Sequence record: LC765218.1
Length of the DNA: 64,000 nucleotides
Source: Pseudomonas phage BRkr
Reading direction: 5' to 3' (one strand)
The position numbers and the translations under genes were made by a program. The notes beneath the pieces were generated by a model. That model did not search any database, had not been told where the DNA came from, and saw only the letters and a list, made by a program, of their open reading frames with translations. This document shows positions 59,656-64,000 of this stretch, piece after piece (positions within the stretch are counted from its first letter, which is position 1; each line of letters opens with the position of its first letter).

Positions 59656-60150
59656 ATGAAAGAACAGAACATCGACCACAATAAACCTTATACTTACGTG
59701 GTCAGTGATACTGAAGGCAATACGCGTGTACATACTACCATGGGTAGCACCCTGAAAGAACAGATCGACCATGCTGTCGGTACGGGTGGTAAAGCCAAGG
59801 TAGAACATATCGAGGAAGGCATCCGCAATATGCCTCATTCGTCCGAGTCTACTCGTCTCCTTCGTGCAACTATTCCAGGTTTCTACAAGATGCTTGAAGG
59901 CATCATGTCCAAAATCGGTAAGGCCCTTGCTGAGCCCGATAACTGGGAAACTGGTAACAATGGTCGACTGGTTTTCCATATCGAGACTCTATTTGGAGCC
60001 GATAAGAAATTCTGGCCGTTGATTACCCAGAGTGTTTACGAACGTCTGCAATACGACGGTTACGTTGGTGTAGATGTGGAGATAATGGAAAAAGAAAATC
60101 AACCGGTCAAGTTGATTACTCGTTTCGGTATTCCGGCGCGTATGACCTAA
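59656..60150 (+). CDS. hypothetical early protein
   Basis: 164-aa ORF downstream of the CTATATCAC promoter-like motif. Confidence 0.45.
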   Translation: MKEQNIDHNKPYTYVVSDTEGNTRVHTTMGSTLKEQIDHAVGTGGKAKVEHIEEGIRNMPHSSESTRLLRATIPGFYKMLEGIMSKIGKALAEPDNWETGNNGRLVFHIETLFGADKKFWPLITQSVYERLQYDGYVGVDVEIMEKENQPVKLITRFGIPARMT

Positions 60151-60159
60151 GGAATCGTT

Positions 60160-60360
60160 ATGGCTCTCTCTGATTGCTCCTGCTGTTGGGAAACTCCTTG
60201 TCGTGCTGGTGGAGCTAAGTTCGATGAATCGGACATGCGTATGATGCCTCTACCTCGACTTGGAGAACTGGTTGCAATGTCCAGGCGTATCTTCGATGAG
60301 CGTAATACGATGGCTTCTCTTACAGCCTCTCATGATCGTAAGGAACTTACAGCAGAGTAG
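60160..60360 (+). CDS. small Cys-rich protein (possible zinc-binding)
   Basis: 66 aa. N-terminal CSCCWETPC cluster. Confidence 0.35.
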   Translation: MALSDCSCCWETPCRAGGAKFDESDMRMMPLPRLGELVAMSRRIFDERNTMASLTASHDRKELTAE

Positions 60361-60424
60361 GTTGTTCCGAACCGCACCTCAAAATCATAATTAACACATC
60401 AAACTTTCACAAGGAAATACTCAC

Positions 60425-60844
60425 ATGTCTAAAGATCTGAAGAGCTTTGCATTCATCGAAGAACACAAACTCCGCGAGAAGGTGATTCTCGGTGAAGCCA
60501 ATACCTTCGACATCCCGAACGATCTCTATGAATCGGTGGTTCTGGGTGGCGCCGGTATCAGCCTTGAGCAACTGAAGAAGAAAGAACGACTGGAAGGTGA
60601 ACTTCTGGCCGGTGTTACTCTTGTTGCTGGTGAACAAGCCGCAGCTCGCATGAAAGAAAATCCGGATCTTTCTGAGATCGGCTTTAACTACAATATGGGT
60701 ACCACCAACTCTCAGGTAGCTGGTATCTTTAGTCGTGATGGTAAAGACCATAGTGTTGTTACCGTATCGACCAAGACTAACTCGGCTGAGATGAAGCGTG
60801 TTTGCGCTCACATCAACCAGCTGTTCGAAGAAGTAAATACCTGA
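60425..60844 (+). CDS. hypothetical protein
   Basis: 139-aa ORF, AAGGAAA RBS. Terminator follows. Confidence 0.45.
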   Translation: MSKDLKSFAFIEEHKLREKVILGEANTFDIPNDLYESVVLGGAGISLEQLKKKERLEGELLAGVTLVAGEQAAARMKENPDLSEIGFNYNMGTTNSQVAGIFSRDGKDHSVVTVSTKTNSAEMKRVCAHINQLFEEVNT

Positions 60845-60850
60845 TCGAAT

Positions 60851-60878
60851 GGGGCTCTACGGAGCCCCTTTCCATCTA
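60851..60878 (+). terminator. rho-independent terminator
   Basis: GGGGCTC-tac-GGAGCCCC followed by TTTCC. Confidence 0.55.
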
Positions 60879-60908
60879 ATTAATTTTTATGTAAATACAG
60901 GAAACAAG

Positions 60909-61976
60909 ATGACCAAATCTGCTAGCCGTAATTTCATCGTACTGGAAGGCCCCGAGTTCTCCGGTAAATCGACGCTGCATCGTGCTCTTATTGAACGACT
61001 CAAAGCTGATGGTATCGACCACGTGGCTCTTCGTGAACCGGGTGGAACGGAAATGGCTGAAGAGATTCGCACTGTTCTATTGAAACATCGTGAAGAAAAG
61101 ATTGACCCAGTTTCAGATATTTTCCTGCATATGGCATATCGCCGACAGAATATCCAGAATATCGTCAAGCCATCTCTGAATGAAGGTAAATGGGTTGTAT
61201 CTGATCGCTTTGTTTTCTCTACTTGGTGCTTGAACGTAGCTCCTTATCTGGACACCAATCCGAATCTGGCAGATCTGTTCATGGGTGTAATGCCGCATGT
61301 TATCGGTGATGGTGTTCCTGAACCGCTGTGCTTCTATCTGGAAACTCCTGAGGAAGTACGGAAAGAACGTATGGTTAACAGTGGTCGTTCTCTGGATCGT
61401 TATGAAGATGACGAAGTTTACCAAACTCGTGTTAACAACGCATACGCTCAGATTAAGTTTAGTCCTTCGACTAAGGTAATTGACGGCACGGCTCCCATTG
61501 ATGAACAAGTTCAATTCATCATTGAAACTGTTCAAGCCCACGAAGCTCTGCGAGCTAAAGATGAGCTTGAAGAGAAAACCGAGAACAGCGGCCATCTTCC
61601 TCCGGAAACCATCCCTGGTGAAGAACACGATGAAAGCGGTGATGTTGTACAACAATCTTCTGTTGACGAAGAACCTGTTGAACCGGCTGTCTTTGATCTG
61701 GAAGTGGCACTGGAGCAATACGCTGAAACCCAAATTATCAAAGAGGTGATTTTGGGTCGAGAAGAACTCCTGCCGTATTACAAAGACCTGGCCAAGAAGA
61801 TTGTACGTAAGATCTTCGAAAAGACCAATGACGAGACTATCTTCCATCCAGCGCGTGTTGGTGAGTTGAACCGCGAAATCCATTCTCTGTTCCACTTCCA
61901 TGAACGTCTGCAAGACTGGAAAGATCTGATCAACAAAGACGAGCCGGTTGAACCTGAAACCGCTGTAGCAGAATAA
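60909..61976 (+). CDS. tmk: thymidylate (dTMP) kinase with ~145-aa acidic C-terminal extension
   Basis: IVLEGPEFSGKST is the Tmk P-loop. LREPGGTEMAEEIR is the LID/TMP-binding region. DRFVFST is the DRH-like motif. All are collinear with bacterial Tmk over ~210 aa. An extra acidic C-terminal region follows. Confidence 0.8.
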   Translation: MTKSASRNFIVLEGPEFSGKSTLHRALIERLKADGIDHVALREPGGTEMAEEIRTVLLKHREEKIDPVSDIFLHMAYRRQNIQNIVKPSLNEGKWVVSDRFVFSTWCLNVAPYLDTNPNLADLFMGVMPHVIGDGVPEPLCFYLETPEEVRKERMVNSGRSLDRYEDDEVYQTRVNNAYAQIKFSPSTKVIDGTAPIDEQVQFIIETVQAHEALRAKDELEEKTENSGHLPPETIPGEEHDESGDVVQQSSVDEEPVEPAVFDLEVALEQYAETQIIKEVILGREELLPYYKDLAKKIVRKIFEKTNDETIFHPARVGELNREIHSLFHFHERLQDWKDLINKDEPVEPETAVAE

Positions 61977-61984
61977 AAGGAAAC

Positions 61985-62218
61985 ATGATGTCTGAGACTC
62001 TCTCTGTGAAACGTTACATCCAAGCATCGGAAATCGACGATACTCTGTCCGACTATATCGGTCGTACATTCATCGTTAAGCGCAACGGTATTACCACCGC
62101 TGTCACGTTGGATAAAGTTAAAACCAACAAGATCTATCTGAAACGCATGGGTGACCGTCAGGATGGTTTCTCCCTACCTCGTGCAGAGTTTGGTAAGTAC
62201 TACCAACTTGCTCCTTAA
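61985..62218 (+). CDS. hypothetical protein
   Basis: 77 aa, AAAGGAAA RBS. Terminator follows. Confidence 0.4.
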   Translation: MMSETLSVKRYIQASEIDDTLSDYIGRTFIVKRNGITTAVTLDKVKTNKIYLKRMGDRQDGFSLPRAEFGKYYQLAP

Positions 62219-62230
62219 GTTGTAAACACA

Positions 62231-62262
62231 GGAGGCTCCTTCGGGAGCCTCTTTATGTTATC
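62231..62262 (+). terminator. rho-independent terminator
   Basis: GGAGGCTCC-ttcg-GGAGCCTC followed by TTTATGTTA. Confidence 0.7.
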
Positions 62263-62277
62263 AAGAGGAAACTTCAA

Positions 62278-62997
62278 ATGCGCTTTACCAAGATTATCGC
62301 CCTCTTTCTAATGTCATTTGCATGCATTGTGTTTGGCCAAGAAGTGAAAGACCCGCTGATATACGCACAAACACCTTTATTCTTTTCTACCTTCACTCCA
62401 AAAGTTGCACCTTGTTTCTTTAACAATGACTCACGCCATGGGGTGTGTGGATGGAAGACATGGCCAGATGAGATCACAGTAGCCGTTACGCGTCGCTCTA
62501 AACCTACTGAGGTCTACAGCTATGTAACTAATGGTAATGTAGAAGTAGTATGTATTGATGAATATTGTCGGGATGCATACGGACAACTCGTTGGTGTAGT
62601 ACGTGGACATTCGGGTACTACCTATTGGGAACTTCCTCGTGGTTATTACTTAACCATGGTTAATAACTCATTCACCGCTATTAAATTTGGTAATGGGTCA
62701 TTGAAACATGAGTTCCCAATTCGTGATCTTCTGCCTTCTAAATACAACGATAAGAAAGCAGATGGTGAAACTCTAGATTTACGTTTTACTGAAGCACTTT
62801 ACAATGTGTATTGTAATGTAGAGATGGAGCGTTGTAACTATCTTGGGAAAGAGTGGACTCTACTAGAGCTGGCTCAATTGGTTCCCTTTGTTAAGACTGC
62901 AACATGTGACGAGTATCTTTGTTACATCGATAACCGTAAATCTCAAGTAGCTGGTATCAACCCCGCGCGACGTGATATTTACGATGGCATCAAATAA
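62278..62997 (+). CDS. secreted Cys-rich protein (signal peptide)
   Basis: MRFTKIIALFLMSFACIVFGQEV is a classic Sec signal peptide. The mature protein has 10+ Cys, so is likely disulfide-bonded and periplasmic. Confidence 0.5.
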   Translation: MRFTKIIALFLMSFACIVFGQEVKDPLIYAQTPLFFSTFTPKVAPCFFNNDSRHGVCGWKTWPDEITVAVTRRSKPTEVYSYVTNGNVEVVCIDEYCRDAYGQLVGVVRGHSGTTYWELPRGYYLTMVNNSFTAIKFGNGSLKHEFPIRDLLPSKYNDKKADGETLDLRFTEALYNVYCNVEMERCNYLGKEWTLLELAQLVPFVKTATCDEYLCYIDNRKSQVAGINPARRDIYDGIK

Positions 62998-63007
62998 CAA
63001 TATAAAT

Positions 63008-63050
63008 GGAGTCCCCAAGGGGACTCCAATACCTTCTTTCTTTTTTTGCT
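63008..63050 (+). terminator. rho-independent terminator
   Basis: GGAGTCCCC-aa-GGGGACTCC followed by a T-rich stretch (CTTTCTTTTTTTG). Confidence 0.7.
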
Positions 63051-63084
63051 CTCAATCCTATAATCCAGCATTCGAGATACGATC

Positions 63085-63567
63085 ATGGTTAAAGTAGTAG
63101 TCATCAAAGGTAGTCCCAAATTTGGGAAAATTGAACTATCTGAAAAGTATTACGCTGAGGTTACTTCTTTCCTGAAGGATCTCGGTTGTGAAGTTATTGT
63201 CCGCGATGTTAGTGAAATGTACGCATGGGAAGCTGATGTTAAACTATACGTAGCACACGGTCGCGCTTGTAGATTAGCAGCTGAACATAATGCTACTGCA
63301 TCCGATGTACCATTCTTAGAATTCGGTAGCTTAAATGGAATTATCCATCCGATTGATAAAGCTTGGCAAGAGGGTTCTCGTCAAGGTCTTCCACCAGATG
63401 AACATTTTGAATTTATTCCAGAACAGAAGGAAGTGCTCGGTCGTTTGGTACATGACTTAATGGCACCTACTCCAACTATTTCCGGTATACAAACATTGCG
63501 TAATCTGGAAGTACGTCGACAAGGGAGACGTCAGAATATCTCTGGTTTTAATGTTCGTCGCAGTTAA
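63085..63567 (+). CDS. hypothetical protein
   Basis: 160-aa ORF after a terminator. Confidence 0.45.
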   Translation: MVKVVVIKGSPKFGKIELSEKYYAEVTSFLKDLGCEVIVRDVSEMYAWEADVKLYVAHGRACRLAAEHNATASDVPFLEFGSLNGIIHPIDKAWQEGSRQGLPPDEHFEFIPEQKEVLGRLVHDLMAPTPTISGIQTLRNLEVRRQGRRQNISGFNVRRS

Positions 63568-63634
63568 ATACTTAAGTTGTAACCATATGTAGCAAAGACT
63601 ACAAAGCCTCATACCCACCGCCCGGAACATCACC

Positions 63635-63997
63635 ATGGAAATATTCTCCCTTATCGAACTTCTCTTCGTATTACTCGTCGGTCATGCTGTTTGCGATTAC
63701 GCGCTACAGAATGATTTTATGGCCGCTGCAAAGAACCATACTACTGAACTAGGTAAGACCTATTGGCTCTACGTTCTTCCAGCACATGGTCTTATTCATG
63801 GAGGTTGGGTATACGTAGTAACGGGTAGTTTTGTTCTAGGGGCGGCTGAAACAATTATCCATTGCATCACAGATTATCTGAAATGTGATGGTAAAATTGG
63901 ATTCCATACTGACCAATGGATTCATATTGGGTGTAAGGTACTTTGGGTAATTCTACTAGCATATCAGTTTGACTTCCTGCAACAACTCCCTGTATAA
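63635..63997 (+). CDS. small membrane protein (DUF3307-like)
   Basis: 120 aa, 3-4 predicted TM helices. The HAVCDYALQ motif is reminiscent of the DUF3307 family. Confidence 0.4.
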   Translation: MEIFSLIELLFVLLVGHAVCDYALQNDFMAAAKNHTTELGKTYWLYVLPAHGLIHGGWVYVVTGSFVLGAAETIIHCITDYLKCDGKIGFHTDQWIHIGCKVLWVILLAYQFDFLQQLPV

Positions 63998-64000
63998 ACG

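Noticed and set aside
1-64000. tRNA, rRNA, CRISPR, integrase/transposase search
   Set aside because: No GGTTCGA-type T-loops in intergenic regions. No clover-leaf candidates in the longer gaps (5382-5512, 20719-20907, 39443-39609, 59473-59655). The only regular repeats are coding (fibre and collagen repeats), not spacer-interrupted. No recombinase motifs were seen.

Overview
This window reads as a densely packed, mostly co-linear segment of a large tailed dsDNA phage genome, almost certainly a phiKZ-like jumbo myovirus (Chimalliviridae-type). Family assignment rests on four things: (i) a 259-aa endolysin with an N-terminal peptidoglycan-binding domain and a C-terminal lytic-transglycosylase-like domain that closely matches my recollection of phiKZ gp144; (ii) a 2256-2264 aa giant virion protein carrying the same catalytic domain near its C-terminus (phiKZ gp181-like); (iii) a split multisubunit RNA polymerase (550-aa beta-prime N-terminal fragment with the DFDGD catalytic loop, plus an adjacent 1453-aa large fragment); (iv) a candidate prohead protease a few genes away, in the same relative order as phiKZ gp175-gp181. 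Other modules, in order: a tail-fibre block (three proteins with lambda-Stf-type ~25-aa repeats and collagen-like GDKGDK triple-helix segments); a putative lysis cassette just upstream of the endolysin (TM protein, an overlapped lipoprotein, a C-terminal-TM protein); a minus-strand DNA-metabolism operon (UvsX/RecA-like, DUF488-like, unknowns); an RNase HI fusion protein; a second membrane-protein/lipoprotein pair; a baseplate spike (gp5/VgrG-like) with a PAAR tip; an SbcC/gp46-like Rad50 ATPase with zinc hook; a RuvC-like resolvase; thymidylate kinase with a long C-terminal extension; and many small genes of unknown function arranged in short terminator-bounded cassettes. At least a dozen rho-independent terminators share conserved ATAAAGCC / GGCTTTAT stem arms. 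Four or five of them are followed 15-35 nt downstream by a CTATATTAC motif that I interpret as a phage-specific (early, virion-RNAP) promoter. I found no rRNA, tRNA, CRISPR array, transposase or integrase by eye. Several long antisense ORFs in the six-frame track are rejected as shadows of real genes.
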